Positions 37,747 through 48,121 of a stretch of 64,000 nucleotides of DNA are shown piece after piece. Within the stretch, counting starts at the first letter, position 1. Each line of letters starts with the position of its first letter. The stretch is taken from positions 124,001 through 188,000 of IMG/VR virus record IMGVR_UViG_3300024503_000485; one strand, written 5' to 3'. Position numbers and translations under genes: made by a program. The notes below the pieces were generated by a model. The model was not told the DNA's origin. It ran no database searches and saw only the letters and a list, made by a program, of their open reading frames with translations.

Positions 37747-39576
37747 ATGTCATACACAATAAACAAAACTGATGGAAGTATTTTAGCAACGGTTGCCGAC
37801 GGTCAAGTCGATCAACTATCTTCTGATATTACATTAATTGGAAAAAACTACAGCGGATTTGGCGAAGCATTAAACGAAAACTTTGTTAAGATGCTAGAAA
37901 ATTTTGCTGATACAGGTGAACCAGAAAGACCTATCCGAGGACAAATATGGTTTGATGTAAGCGAATTAAAATTAAAAGTTTACAACGGGACTCAATTTCA
38001 ACCAGTAAGTTCGGCAACAATATCAAACACACAACCTTCAACATTAGGTACAGGCGATTTATGGTTTAATGACACTGACAAACAATTATTTTTCTATGAT
38101 GGAACAAATACAATATTGTTAGGACCGTCATACTCTCAAAGTCAAGGTCTTAGCGGACTTAAAGTAGCAAGTATACTTGATTCATTAAATCAAACTCGTG
38201 TTATAACATATCTATACACCAACGGTGTGTTGTTAGGAATATTTTCAAAAGATAGTTTTACTCCTAAAATTGCTATTCCGGGGTTTTCCGGAGACATTGG
38301 TCCAGGATTTAATGCTGGTACATTAACAAATTTAAAATTTAATGTTACATCTAGTAACGCCGATAAACTTGGAAACCAACCAGCTTCGAAATATTTAAGA
38401 CAAGATACTGATAACATTATTGACGGACAATTAACAATTACCTCAAATAGAGGTTTGTTAGTTGGTGATGCACAGCAAGGACAATTTGTTGTTGTAGATG
38501 GTGATGTTGAGTTTCGTAACGATGCAGAAAATAAAAACATTTCTGTAAAAGTAAAACGAGGTGCTGCGGTTGATAGTGTTTTATCTGTAGACACAATTAA
38601 TCAAACACTAAACATTTATAAAGATAATCCCGGCAGTGAAACATTCATTGGTGGAAATTTAGTAGTTGCTGGCGATTTTACAATTCAAGGCGATACTACA
38701 ACAATTAATACTTCAACAATTAATGTTGAAGATAAAAATATTGAATTAGCAAAAACAGATACTCCAACAGACGCTTATGCAGATGGCGGCGGTATTATTT
38801 TAAAAGGCGCTAGCGATCATGAATTTTTATGGACACAGGCAAGCACAGCATGGAATAGTACCGAACATATAAATTTAGCCACAGGAAAAGCATTTAAGAT
38901 TAACGGTGTTGAAGTTATTACAGCAACATCATTAGGTCCTGGAATTACTAGTATCCCTGGTGTTACATCTTTTGGTACACAAACTTTATTAACGGTTGGT
39001 CCAGAACTTCCGCCTGGTTCAGGTAATCCTCCAACACCTTACCTACGCCTTGAAGATAATAGAATTGCAACCGTTCAGACTAATCAGGATCTTGAATTAG
39101 CCCCAGACGGAACAGGAAATGTTAGTTTAATTAACTATCCTAGAATTACAGGATTGAACGATCCTATCGATCAACAAGATGCAGCAACAAAAGAATATGT
39201 TGATAATACAATAGAAACAAGAAGTTTAGTTTTTAGCATGGATATTTCAGATGCTATTTCTAATTCTGGTATTGCAGCATACTTAACGTTAGTTGCGCCA
39301 CCGGCAGATTTTAGAGACGGCACGGTAGCACGAATTTTATGTACATCGTTATCAAACGGTTCATCAAGTTTAAACATTAATACATACTTAAATTCACTTC
39401 CAACAACTGAATTTATTACACCAGATGCTCCAAGTTCTTTAGTTCCAGGCGGAACAGCGTTTGGAGTTACAGGCGTTTCTTTTTCAACAGCAACGGTTCC
39501 TGCTCCTGTAGTGTCGGTATTTAGAATTGTAAAAACATTCCAGCTAGTTGCTGGCAACTGGACGTTTGTATCATAA
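37747..39576 (+). CDS. Tail fibre protein
   Basis: N-terminal domain shared with neighbouring fibres (GKNYSGFGEALNENFVKMLENFA, GQIWFD). Confidence 0.75.
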   Translation: MSYTINKTDGSILATVADGQVDQLSSDITLIGKNYSGFGEALNENFVKMLENFADTGEPERPIRGQIWFDVSELKLKVYNGTQFQPVSSATISNTQPSTLGTGDLWFNDTDKQLFFYDGTNTILLGPSYSQSQGLSGLKVASILDSLNQTRVITYLYTNGVLLGIFSKDSFTPKIAIPGFSGDIGPGFNAGTLTNLKFNVTSSNADKLGNQPASKYLRQDTDNIIDGQLTITSNRGLLVGDAQQGQFVVVDGDVEFRNDAENKNISVKVKRGAAVDSVLSVDTINQTLNIYKDNPGSETFIGGNLVVAGDFTIQGDTTTINTSTINVEDKNIELAKTDTPTDAYADGGGIILKGASDHEFLWTQASTAWNSTEHINLATGKAFKINGVEVITATSLGPGITSIPGVTSFGTQTLLTVGPELPPGSGNPPTPYLRLEDNRIATVQTNQDLELAPDGTGNVSLINYPRITGLNDPIDQQDAATKEYVDNTIETRSLVFSMDISDAISNSGIAAYLTLVAPPADFRDGTVARILCTSLSNGSSSLNINTYLNSLPTTEFITPDAPSSLVPGGTAFGVTGVSFSTATVPAPVVSVFRIVKTFQLVAGNWTFVS

Positions 39577-39596
39577 TGAATAAGGAGCGAAATTAA

Positions 39597-41720
39597 ATGC
39601 CATACGTTATAAACCGATACAACGGTACACAATTAGTTGTCTTAGAAGACGGCACATTAGATACAACAACTAGTTTAGGTTTACTAGGTAGAAATTACTC
39701 CGGCTACGGTGAAGTTCAAAATGAAAACTTTCTATTTTTATTAGAAAATTTTGCAAATGGTGCTGCACCAATTAGACCTCTTAGCGGGCAATTATGGTAC
39801 AATAGTACAACCAGCACTTTAAACATTTATGATGGTGCATCGTGGAAGTCGGCTTCAGCCGCTGATGTAAGCACATCAGAACCTCCAACAGGAACAGGTT
39901 CTTTTTGGTTCAATCCAGACACAAATCAACTTTTTGTGTATGACGGAGCAGAATGGAAATTAGTTGGCCCAGAAGCTGTTGACGGATTCCCTGGCACCAA
40001 AATGGAATCTACAACCTTATATGATACAAGTAATTTGGCCCATGCTGTAATTTTAATGAAAGTAAACAACATTGTTCAAGGTATTGTATCAAAGACATTT
40101 TTTACTATTCGTTCGTCAGATTCTATTTCTGGATTTTCAACTATAGTTCCAGGATTAAACATTTCTTCTCTAGTAGTTATTAAAGGAAATGTTGAAGGAA
40201 ATTCAACAACTGCTTCTAGGTTGCAAACATCAAGAACAATTAATGGTGTAGTATTTGATGGCGGATCTGATGTAACAATTAAATCTGCAACCACTAACAA
40301 ATTAATTAAAGGTACATATCTTACAGGTGCCGATTTTGATGGTAGCGTAACAAGAACATGGGCCGTTGATGCATCGTCAACTAATGATATTGGAAAAGTT
40401 GTTGCTAGAGATAGTTCTGGAAACTTCTCAGCAGGAACAATCACAGCTAATTTAATAGGAAATGTGGTAGGTAATGTTAGTGTTGCTACCGGATCAAGCT
40501 CATTTAATAGAGTAATTGCTAATGAATTTATTGGTGCATCGTTGTCTGGAAATGCATTTTCAGCCACACAATTAGAAACAACAAGAAAAATTAACGGCGT
40601 TAATTTTAACGGTACATCTGATATTACAATAACATCTGCGGCAAGCACGTTAACCGGTGATACATTAGCATCAAACGTAGTAACTTCATTTTTAACCAGC
40701 GTTGGAACATTAAATTCATTAGAAGTTAGTGATGCCGGTATTACACTTGGCAGCAACACTTTAAAATTATATTATGATGCTGATGTTACATTACCAGTAA
40801 TCTCAGCAACTAGTTACGGTGAATTAGTTTTTAGAGTTAACGACACAAGCGTTCCGTCAGAATTAGCTGAAGTTTCGTTAGTATCCGGACAGGTTGCCGC
40901 TGGACTAGGAGCCGATACCAAAGCAATGCTTGCTCCAAGAGTAACTGGCGGTGCAAATTTAGGATCTAGTGCTTATAGATATAATAAAGTATATTCAAAT
41001 TATATTAATGCACCAATAGTTAATACAGAAACAATTAATACAACAGCCGAAACAAACAGCGTAACCGTATCAAGTGACCTTATAATTCAAGGCAATTTAG
41101 TTGTAAACGGCATTACAACAACAATTAATTCAACTGATGTTATGGTCCATGACCTAACATTTACGGTTGCAAAAGACGTAGAAAGTCCTATCAATGCAGA
41201 CGGTGCAGGATTTATAGTTGGTGGAGCAAATGCTAGATTAGTTTATAGCGCCACTGGAGATAAGTGGACTATTAATAAACGTTTAGATGCAGGAACTAAC
41301 GATATTATTACCACTGGATTATTCCAAGGAACAGCTACTTCTGCTAGATATGCTGACTTAGCTGAAAATTACATTGCTGATGCGGCATACGAACCTGGTA
41401 CCGTATTAGAATTTGGTGGTTCTGCAGAAGTTAGAATAGCTGAAGATGCAACTACTCGTGTAGCAGGAGTTGTATCTACAGATCCTGCTTATTTGATGAA
41501 TTCTCATTGTACTGGGCAATATGTAGTTGCCCTAGCATTACAGGGTCGAGTTCCGTGTAAAGTACGAGGCAAAATTTCTAAGGGCGATATGCTAATCAGC
41601 GGTGGTAGCGGGTATGCAAGACCGTGTACAACCCCGCAAATTGGTACTATTATTGGTAAAGCCTTAGAAGATTTTGAAGGGATTGAGGGCATTATTGAAG
41701 TTGCTGTGGGCAGGATCTAA
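39597..41720 (+). CDS. Tail fibre with C-terminal intramolecular chaperone-like domain
   Basis: Shared N-terminal domain; C-terminal ATSARYADLAENY...YEPGTV...VALALQGRVPCKV. Confidence 0.75.
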   Translation: MPYVINRYNGTQLVVLEDGTLDTTTSLGLLGRNYSGYGEVQNENFLFLLENFANGAAPIRPLSGQLWYNSTTSTLNIYDGASWKSASAADVSTSEPPTGTGSFWFNPDTNQLFVYDGAEWKLVGPEAVDGFPGTKMESTTLYDTSNLAHAVILMKVNNIVQGIVSKTFFTIRSSDSISGFSTIVPGLNISSLVVIKGNVEGNSTTASRLQTSRTINGVVFDGGSDVTIKSATTNKLIKGTYLTGADFDGSVTRTWAVDASSTNDIGKVVARDSSGNFSAGTITANLIGNVVGNVSVATGSSSFNRVIANEFIGASLSGNAFSATQLETTRKINGVNFNGTSDITITSAASTLTGDTLASNVVTSFLTSVGTLNSLEVSDAGITLGSNTLKLYYDADVTLPVISATSYGELVFRVNDTSVPSELAEVSLVSGQVAAGLGADTKAMLAPRVTGGANLGSSAYRYNKVYSNYINAPIVNTETINTTAETNSVTVSSDLIIQGNLVVNGITTTINSTDVMVHDLTFTVAKDVESPINADGAGFIVGGANARLVYSATGDKWTINKRLDAGTNDIITTGLFQGTATSARYADLAENYIADAAYEPGTVLEFGGSAEVRIAEDATTRVAGVVSTDPAYLMNSHCTGQYVVALALQGRVPCKVRGKISKGDMLISGGSGYARPCTTPQIGTIIGKALEDFEGIEGIIEVAVGRI

Positions 41721-41732
41721 AAAAGGGTTCAG

Positions 41733-41739
41733 ATAAATA
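41733..41739 (+). promoter_or_regulatory. Late promoter ATAAATA
   Basis: 23 nt upstream of the ATG at 41763. Confidence 0.65.
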
Positions 41740-41762
41740 ATAATAGTTTATGGAGCAGGGTA

Positions 41763-43589
41763 ATGGCATACCAAGTTGATAATTTTAACGGAACGTTTTT
41801 AGTATCTGTAGAAGATGGTACGATTGATACAACTACGGATTTACGTTTCGTAGGTAAGAACTACGCCGGTTATGGCGAAGTACAAAACGAGAATTTTTTA
41901 CATCTTTTACAGAATTTTTCTAATACATCGGCTCCGCCCAAGGCAATCACCGGACAAATTTGGTATGATAGCTCTACTAAAAAGTTAAAATTTTACGACG
42001 GCTCTCGATTTAAAGTTGCCAGCGGTGCTGAAGTTAGCGCAAGTGCTCCAACTGGATTAGCTAAGGGTGATTTTTGGTTTGACGAAAGTGCAAATCAACT
42101 ATACACATGGAGCGGAACAGAGTATGTTTTAATTGGACCAGCAGCCGCTCCGGAATTTGGTACTTCAGCAGCAGTAGGTCAAGTAGTACAAGACAACACC
42201 GGCGGCCCACAAACTATTGTTAAATTAGTTTCAGGTGGCGACACAATTGCTATTGCAAGTAAAACAGATTTTGTTTTAGGATCAGTTAATCCTATTACCG
42301 GATTTAGCAGAATTAAAAAGGGTATTACTTTAGTCAACACTGATAGTTTAACTGGAGTAACTACTGCATCATCGCAATATTACTTCTGGGGTACAGCAAG
42401 TAACTCGTTAAAATTAAACGGAATTGCAGCAGATCAGTTTTTAACCAAAGGTGATTTAAGATTTACAGAACAAATTGCTTTTCCTGATGCAGGAATTACC
42501 GTAGGCGATAGCGATGACTTACTAGTATTTGTTGAAACACAAGATCCTTTTTACAATGAAGTTGGTGGTAATCCGTTAAGAGACGAAGATCAAGTTGTTA
42601 TTGAACAAGCTATTGCAGGACAACCAATTACTTTTAGAATTCGTGTAAACGAAACAACTAAATCAAACGTATTAAAAGTTAAATCTAGCGGAGTATATCC
42701 AGGCTCAGATGGTAATTTATATCTTGGATCAGCATCAAAACGTTGGGGACAAATTTATTCTACAGATATTTACGGTGCATTAACTGGTAACGTTACAGGA
42801 AATACAACAGGTACACACATCGGTGCAGTATATGCCAGTGACGAAACTGAAGCCTTTGACCCAGAAACTAAAACATTTTATGGAACATTAGGTACTCCAA
42901 GTCAGCGTAGTTTAGTTTACGGAGATTTAGTAGGTGAAGTAACAGGATCAGCCCAAACTGCAAGTAAATTGGGATCTTATAGTCCAAGTATTTCAACATC
43001 TCCTGATACCGTAGTAGTTAGAGATTCCGAAGGAAATATTTACGGTACAACCTTTCAAGGAACTGCTTTACTTGCAGACCGTTTAAAAATTGATAATTTA
43101 GCAGTTGATACAGATGCAACTTATAGAACAGCTAAAACTACAGCGGTTGCAAATTCAATTGCAGCACGTGATGGTAGCGGAAACTTATCAGCAGTTTTAT
43201 TTGATGGTACAGCAACCGCAGCTCGATATGCTGACCTAGCAGAAAAATACTTAACAGATAAAGAATACGAGCCTGGCACGGTTGTTTCTGTTTGCGAACA
43301 TGGCGACCACGAAGTAGAAGCCTGTCAGTGGGGACAACGTGCTATTGGTGTAGTAAGTACAAATCCAGCGTTTATGATGAATAAAGATCTAGAAGGCGGA
43401 ACATATATTGCTCTTAAAGGTCGCGTTCCAGTTAAAGTAACAGGCGCAGTTAAAAAAGGACAACGCCTAATAGCAGGAAATGATGGAACAGCAGTAGCTG
43501 GAGTCCCACATGCAAATGATGTATTTGCTATTGCATTAGAAACAAACAACGAAACTTCTGTTAAATTAATAGAAGCGGTTATATTATAA
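41763..43589 (+). CDS. Tail fibre with C-terminal intramolecular chaperone-like domain
   Basis: Shared N-terminal domain; C-terminal ATAARYADLAEKY...YEPGTV...IALKGRVPVKV. Confidence 0.75.
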   Translation: MAYQVDNFNGTFLVSVEDGTIDTTTDLRFVGKNYAGYGEVQNENFLHLLQNFSNTSAPPKAITGQIWYDSSTKKLKFYDGSRFKVASGAEVSASAPTGLAKGDFWFDESANQLYTWSGTEYVLIGPAAAPEFGTSAAVGQVVQDNTGGPQTIVKLVSGGDTIAIASKTDFVLGSVNPITGFSRIKKGITLVNTDSLTGVTTASSQYYFWGTASNSLKLNGIAADQFLTKGDLRFTEQIAFPDAGITVGDSDDLLVFVETQDPFYNEVGGNPLRDEDQVVIEQAIAGQPITFRIRVNETTKSNVLKVKSSGVYPGSDGNLYLGSASKRWGQIYSTDIYGALTGNVTGNTTGTHIGAVYASDETEAFDPETKTFYGTLGTPSQRSLVYGDLVGEVTGSAQTASKLGSYSPSISTSPDTVVVRDSEGNIYGTTFQGTALLADRLKIDNLAVDTDATYRTAKTTAVANSIAARDGSGNLSAVLFDGTATAARYADLAEKYLTDKEYEPGTVVSVCEHGDHEVEACQWGQRAIGVVSTNPAFMMNKDLEGGTYIALKGRVPVKVTGAVKKGQRLIAGNDGTAVAGVPHANDVFAIALETNNETSVKLIEAVIL

Positions 43590-43598
43590 GGATTAAAA

Positions 43599-44501
43599 AT
43601 GGCAGGCGTTGGAACACAGATTCTTGCATCAGATTATAATAATATTCGAGACAAGATAATTGAGGTAATGGGTACCGGTGCCGGAACTTACGGGTACGGA
43701 CAAGTAATTGCTAGCACAGCAGTAGTTCAAGAAAAAGTAACCAAAGCTCAGTGGGATTATCTTCGATTTGATATTGTTAACGCTAGATTACATCAAACTG
43801 GCACACTCCCAACAATTAGAGAAATTCAAACAACTGATCCAATACGTTACGATGCTGATCATCCAAATTATCAGTATAATACTATTGCTGAACAAGCAAG
43901 AACTGATAGATTTTCAATTGGAGCAGGACAATTTCATACATTAGCAGCAGGGGATGTTTCTAGATCCTCGGCATGGGCTAATAGCGTGTCGTCAAATGTA
44001 GTTGTTGATTTTGGAACGGTTGACCAGTGTAGGTTCTTTTTTAATTCTGGCGGAAAAATTCGATTATATTCTTCAAGAACTGGCGGATCCTCTACTGCTC
44101 AAAATGCTGCCTGGACTAGCCTACTTAGCGCAGTAGGTTCACGAGATTTTTCAGTAAGTTCGTCCGGAGTGTCTTTTTATCAATTGACAAATAGTTACCA
44201 AACATTCTATACATCTACATCGTCATCACCGTATGCATCAAATAGATATACAATTGATGTAAAGTGTAATGTTGCTGATAATTCTGGCGGAACAACTAAT
44301 CAATTAACATTTAGAATTACTTGGCTTGATTCATATACTGATCCAAGTCCTGGAAATCCTCCTCCACCGGGCGATAGTGTTGACGGAACATTAACATTAA
44401 CTATCGAAGAAATTAAAGCTTCGGGAACCCTGTTACCTTCTGGTTCTTTTACAATCACAAGTCCAACAAGTTATTCAATATCTGCAATTGCAGGCTCGTA
44501 A
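43599..44501 (+). CDS. Ser/Thr-rich putative virion structural protein (paralogue of the next gene)
   Basis: DYNNIRDKI, QWDYLRFD and FFNSGGKIR motifs shared with 44530..45435. Confidence 0.7.
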   Translation: MAGVGTQILASDYNNIRDKIIEVMGTGAGTYGYGQVIASTAVVQEKVTKAQWDYLRFDIVNARLHQTGTLPTIREIQTTDPIRYDADHPNYQYNTIAEQARTDRFSIGAGQFHTLAAGDVSRSSAWANSVSSNVVVDFGTVDQCRFFFNSGGKIRLYSSRTGGSSTAQNAAWTSLLSAVGSRDFSVSSSGVSFYQLTNSYQTFYTSTSSSPYASNRYTIDVKCNVADNSGGTTNQLTFRITWLDSYTDPSPGNPPPPGDSVDGTLTLTIEEIKASGTLLPSGSFTITSPTSYSISAIAGS

Positions 44502-44529
44502 TTGTTTAAATACCTAACGGAGGAATTTA

Positions 44530-45435
44530 ATGGCGGCCTATGATTATATTAGCGTACCGGATTATAACAATATTAGAAATAAAATTTCTGGAGTAATGTC
44601 TACCGGGTCAGCCACACTTGGATACGGGCAGGCCTTACAATCTTCGTTGGTTGCAACTGGCGATGCTGTTACAAAGACACAATGGGATAATTTAAGATTT
44701 GATGTAGTTAATGCAATAGTGCATCAATCAGGTTCAGTTCCAACAATAACTACAATTAACGAAGGCGAATTACTTAGATATGCAGCTGATCAGCCAAATT
44801 ATCAATATAGCACATTAGCATCGTTAGCAGAAACAAATCGTTTTGATTTAGGAACAGGTCAGTATGTTACTGAAGCAGGAACATCAAGATCTAACTCTGT
44901 TTCTTTTAGTGGCGAGGTAGCAAGTACCTGTACAATATCATTTACAAGTGCTGATCAAGCAAGATATTTTTTTAATTCTGGCGGAAAAATAAGATTTACT
45001 TCAGCATTTACTCAAGGTGCTTCTCCTACACAACAAGATAATTCTTGGAACACTACTTTATCTGCAACATCTGCAAGTCCTGCTGTGTTTGGGGGTAATT
45101 CTCCCGCAGTTAATTTTTATACTTTAACCAATTCTTATCAAACATTTTATCAACTTTCATCATCATCTCCATATTCATCTAATAGATGGCAAATAGATGT
45201 ATTATGTAATATTGGTAATAATAATTCAGGCGGCGCAACATCTATAACTTTTAGATCTAGATGGATTGACGGATATACTGATCCCGGATTTCCTCCCCCT
45301 GGAGATGCAGTTAACGGAACAATGTCCTGGACCATAACCCATGTTAGAGCGTCCGGAGCTTTATATCCAAATTTAACACCTCAGAGTTTTAATGCTCCTT
45401 CTCCTGCTTATGCTGCACCTAGCACCATAGCATAA
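44530..45435 (+). CDS. Ser/Thr-rich putative virion structural protein (paralogue of the previous gene)
   Basis: DYNNIRNKI, QWDNLRFD and FFNSGGKIR motifs; SD GGAGG. Confidence 0.7.
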   Translation: MAAYDYISVPDYNNIRNKISGVMSTGSATLGYGQALQSSLVATGDAVTKTQWDNLRFDVVNAIVHQSGSVPTITTINEGELLRYAADQPNYQYSTLASLAETNRFDLGTGQYVTEAGTSRSNSVSFSGEVASTCTISFTSADQARYFFNSGGKIRFTSAFTQGASPTQQDNSWNTTLSATSASPAVFGGNSPAVNFYTLTNSYQTFYQLSSSSPYSSNRWQIDVLCNIGNNNSGGATSITFRSRWIDGYTDPGFPPPGDAVNGTMSWTITHVRASGALYPNLTPQSFNAPSPAYAAPSTIA

Positions 45436-45459
45436 TTTTTCACCCCATCTATACCCCAC

Positions 45460-45466
45460 ATAAATA
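45460..45466 (+). promoter_or_regulatory. Late promoter ATAAATA heading the 45494-58097 operon
   Basis: 27 nt upstream of the ATG at 45494; SD GGGAG follows. Confidence 0.65.
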
Positions 45467-45493
45467 ATATACTCATATTATTAGGGAGTATGT

Positions 45494-45844
45494 ATGGAAT
45501 CTTTATTAACAAAAGCCTTAGAGTTTTCAAACTATAAGCAATCTCTAGCCATTCAACGCAAAGCGTTAAAAGAAAAAGTTGATGCAAAATTAACTTTTGG
45601 ATTCAATGGCGGTATTTTTAAAATTAACAGAGAATTAATTAATTTTGTTCAATTTTTAATTGATCAAGATAGATCTACAGATGTAGTTCTTATCGACGCA
45701 AACGACAATCCTGTTTTAGTTAATGATTTGTCAAAATTCAAAGATGAAATTTTTGACAGATACTTTACAGCGACCAACGAATATTATCAAGAATACGAAG
45801 TGATTAAAAAAGCTCGTTCTGTAGAAGCATTGGTGGATCTATGA
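45494..45844 (+). CDS. Hypothetical protein (possibly a fibre-assembly chaperone)
   Basis: 116 aa with good SD; function inferred only from position. Confidence 0.6.
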   Translation: MESLLTKALEFSNYKQSLAIQRKALKEKVDAKLTFGFNGGIFKINRELINFVQFLIDQDRSTDVVLIDANDNPVLVNDLSKFKDEIFDRYFTATNEYYQEYEVIKKARSVEALVDL

Positions 45845-46701
45845 AAAAAGGCGGCCTAATTTTTGCTCATAATAGCAGAGAAGTTGACTATGCTTTATTG
45901 GCAGTGATTTCTGGTGGCCTTGCAAAAAAGAATCTTGAAATTCCGTTTACTTTAGTAACAGATGATGCTACAATTGAATGGATGAAGACTTCAAATATTT
46001 GGGATAAAGCAAATGACGTTTTTGAAAACATTATTTCTACCCCACGTCCAGAAACTCTGAACACAAGACGTTTAAATGACGGTAACGAATCGAAAACAAT
46101 TCCTTTCATTAATGCCGATAGAGCATCGGTATGGGATCTAACACCATATGATAGAACACTTCTTCTAGATAGCGATTATTTGATTTTTTCTAACGCCCTG
46201 AATAATTATTGGGATATTGATGAAAGTATTTTAATATCAAAATCTATGAATGATATTAGAGGTGATCGAATTGGTTTCTTAGATAAACATGTATCTGAAA
46301 CAGGAGTTCATTTGTTTTGGGCTACCGCTGTCATTTTTACAAAAAACGAGGAAAGCAAAACATTTTTTGAATATGTAAAACATATTCGAAACAACTACGA
46401 ACAATACGGTGACATTTACAGATTTAATCCTCATCAGTATAGAAACGATATTTCTTTCAGCGTTGCAAAACATTTCTTAGAAGGTTTTACAACAGATACT
46501 TCAAATGCTTTACCGTCATTATTAACTACAACTGATAAAGATATGTTAGCCGATGTTAAGGGAAATAAATTATACTTCCTAATAAATGATCCTTTAAATC
46601 AAGAAGCATTTACAGCATGTTCTATTAATAATACCGATGTTCATGTAATGAATAAACAAAGCATTGTTAGAAATAAAGATAAATTGTTGGAGTTAATATG
46701 A
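45841..46701 (+). CDS. GT-A fold nucleotide-diphospho-sugar transferase-like protein
   Basis: TPYDRTLLLDSDY (DxD) and YRNDISFS motifs. Confidence 0.7.
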   Translation: MKKGGLIFAHNSREVDYALLAVISGGLAKKNLEIPFTLVTDDATIEWMKTSNIWDKANDVFENIISTPRPETLNTRRLNDGNESKTIPFINADRASVWDLTPYDRTLLLDSDYLIFSNALNNYWDIDESILISKSMNDIRGDRIGFLDKHVSETGVHLFWATAVIFTKNEESKTFFEYVKHIRNNYEQYGDIYRFNPHQYRNDISFSVAKHFLEGFTTDTSNALPSLLTTTDKDMLADVKGNKLYFLINDPLNQEAFTACSINNTDVHVMNKQSIVRNKDKLLELI

Positions 46702-47537
46702 CATTTGGATATTTAATTGTAGTTGCCAAACACGAAACAATTGACTACACAAAATTAGCCTATTCTTTGGCATTAAGTATTAAAAATACACAGAAGTGGG
46801 GTTATAATAATGTAGCTTTAGTTACAGATGATGTTTCTGCTGTAGAACAATTAAAAAGTCCTTGGGTATTTGATAAAGTAATTCCTTGGAACAAAGAAAA
46901 GGGATGGGACGGTCGATCATGGATGGATCATTTAACACCTTGGGATAACACAATATGTTTAGATGCTGACATGTTGTTTACAAGAGATGTTAGTCATTGG
47001 GCAGAATATTTTATTAATAACTCAGAATTGTATGTAGCAAACAAAGCATTTACATACAGAGGAGAAGTTATTACAGGCGATTTTTATAGAAAAGCATTTG
47101 TAAAAAATAATTTGCCTAATTTATATTCTTTCTATACGTTCTTTAAGAAAGATAGCGAACTAGCAAAAGAATTTTTTACCTTAGCAAGACATATTATAAA
47201 AAATCCTAACGAATTTAAAAATACTTTCTTTCCAGATTTTAAACCTAAAGTAATTGGAACCGATGAAGCATTTGCATTATCATCTAAAATTTTAGATATT
47301 ACTGATCAAATTGCATATGATTTAGATTTTCCTAAAATTGTTCACATGAAGCCAATGATTCAAAATTGGCCATGGCCGTCAGATAGATACACAGATCATG
47401 TAGGATTTTATTTCAATGTAAACAACGAACTTAAGATTGGAAATTATAGACAATATGATGTAGTTCATTATGTTGAAAAAGAATTGATTACAGATGAAAT
47501 TATCAGCATACAGGAAGAGAAATTATGGCAGAAATAA
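46698..47537 (+). CDS. GT-A fold glycosyltransferase-like protein
   Basis: TPWDNTICLDADML (DxD) and GTDEAFAL motifs; paralogous to the previous gene. Confidence 0.7.
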   Translation: MTFGYLIVVAKHETIDYTKLAYSLALSIKNTQKWGYNNVALVTDDVSAVEQLKSPWVFDKVIPWNKEKGWDGRSWMDHLTPWDNTICLDADMLFTRDVSHWAEYFINNSELYVANKAFTYRGEVITGDFYRKAFVKNNLPNLYSFYTFFKKDSELAKEFFTLARHIIKNPNEFKNTFFPDFKPKVIGTDEAFALSSKILDITDQIAYDLDFPKIVHMKPMIQNWPWPSDRYTDHVGFYFNVNNELKIGNYRQYDVVHYVEKELITDEIISIQEEKLWQK

Positions 47538-48121
47538 TAGACTTTGACGAATGGTTAGCAAATTATAAACCGCCAGAAGTAAAATTTTACGCTGCATTTG
47601 ATCCTAATACAGGCGATGTAACAGGAGTGTATCCGTCACACGCTCTAACAGATCAAAAAAATGTTGTAGAAATTGATCAAGAAACAGCACAATTAATTAA
47701 TGAAGGCGCATTAAAATTAAATTCGTGTTTTGTTGATATTAGCTCAGGCAAATTTGAAATTGCAGAAATAAGAAGTCTTATAAAGATAGACGATGTGCTC
47801 CATAGGATTGTTGATAAAAAATGGTCTGATGTAGAAGACCCCGATGTAATTGTTTCCTATGTAGAAGGAACAGACAAATTAGTTTTTGACCTTTCTCCTA
47901 AGTATAGAGAATTAAAAAGAAAGATTCACTGGGACGGAAGTACCGAGCTTTGTTTTTTTATTACAGAATATAACGATCCAAATATTGTTAGATTTATAGT
48001 AAAATTTAGTATCAGTGATTTAACAGAAAAACAAATTTCACTAACCGGTTTACCTTTAGAAGGTAGATTTAGTGTTTACACAAGAAGATTATTCCCCAAA
48101 TACGTGATCGAGACAAAATGA
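47525..48121 (+). CDS. Hypothetical protein
   Basis: 198 aa; overlaps both neighbours. Confidence 0.7.
   Translation: MAEIIDFDEWLANYKPPEVKFYAAFDPNTGDVTGVYPSHALTDQKNVVEIDQETAQLINEGALKLNSCFVDISSGKFEIAEIRSLIKIDDVLHRIVDKKWSDVEDPDVIVSYVEGTDKLVFDLSPKYRELKRKIHWDGSTELCFFITEYNDPNIVRFIVKFSISDLTEKQISLTGLPLEGRFSVYTRRLFPKYVIETK

Noticed and set aside
40076-40759. 227-aa antisense ORF inside a tail-fibre gene, and similar antisense ORFs elsewhere
   Set aside because: Expected from codon bias in Thr/Ser/Gly/Val-rich genes; no independent promoter, RBS or motifs.
45436-45460. Two CCCC runs (GGGG on the - strand) as a G-quadruplex
   Set aside because: Only two G-tracts are present, too few for a stable intramolecular three-tier quadruplex.
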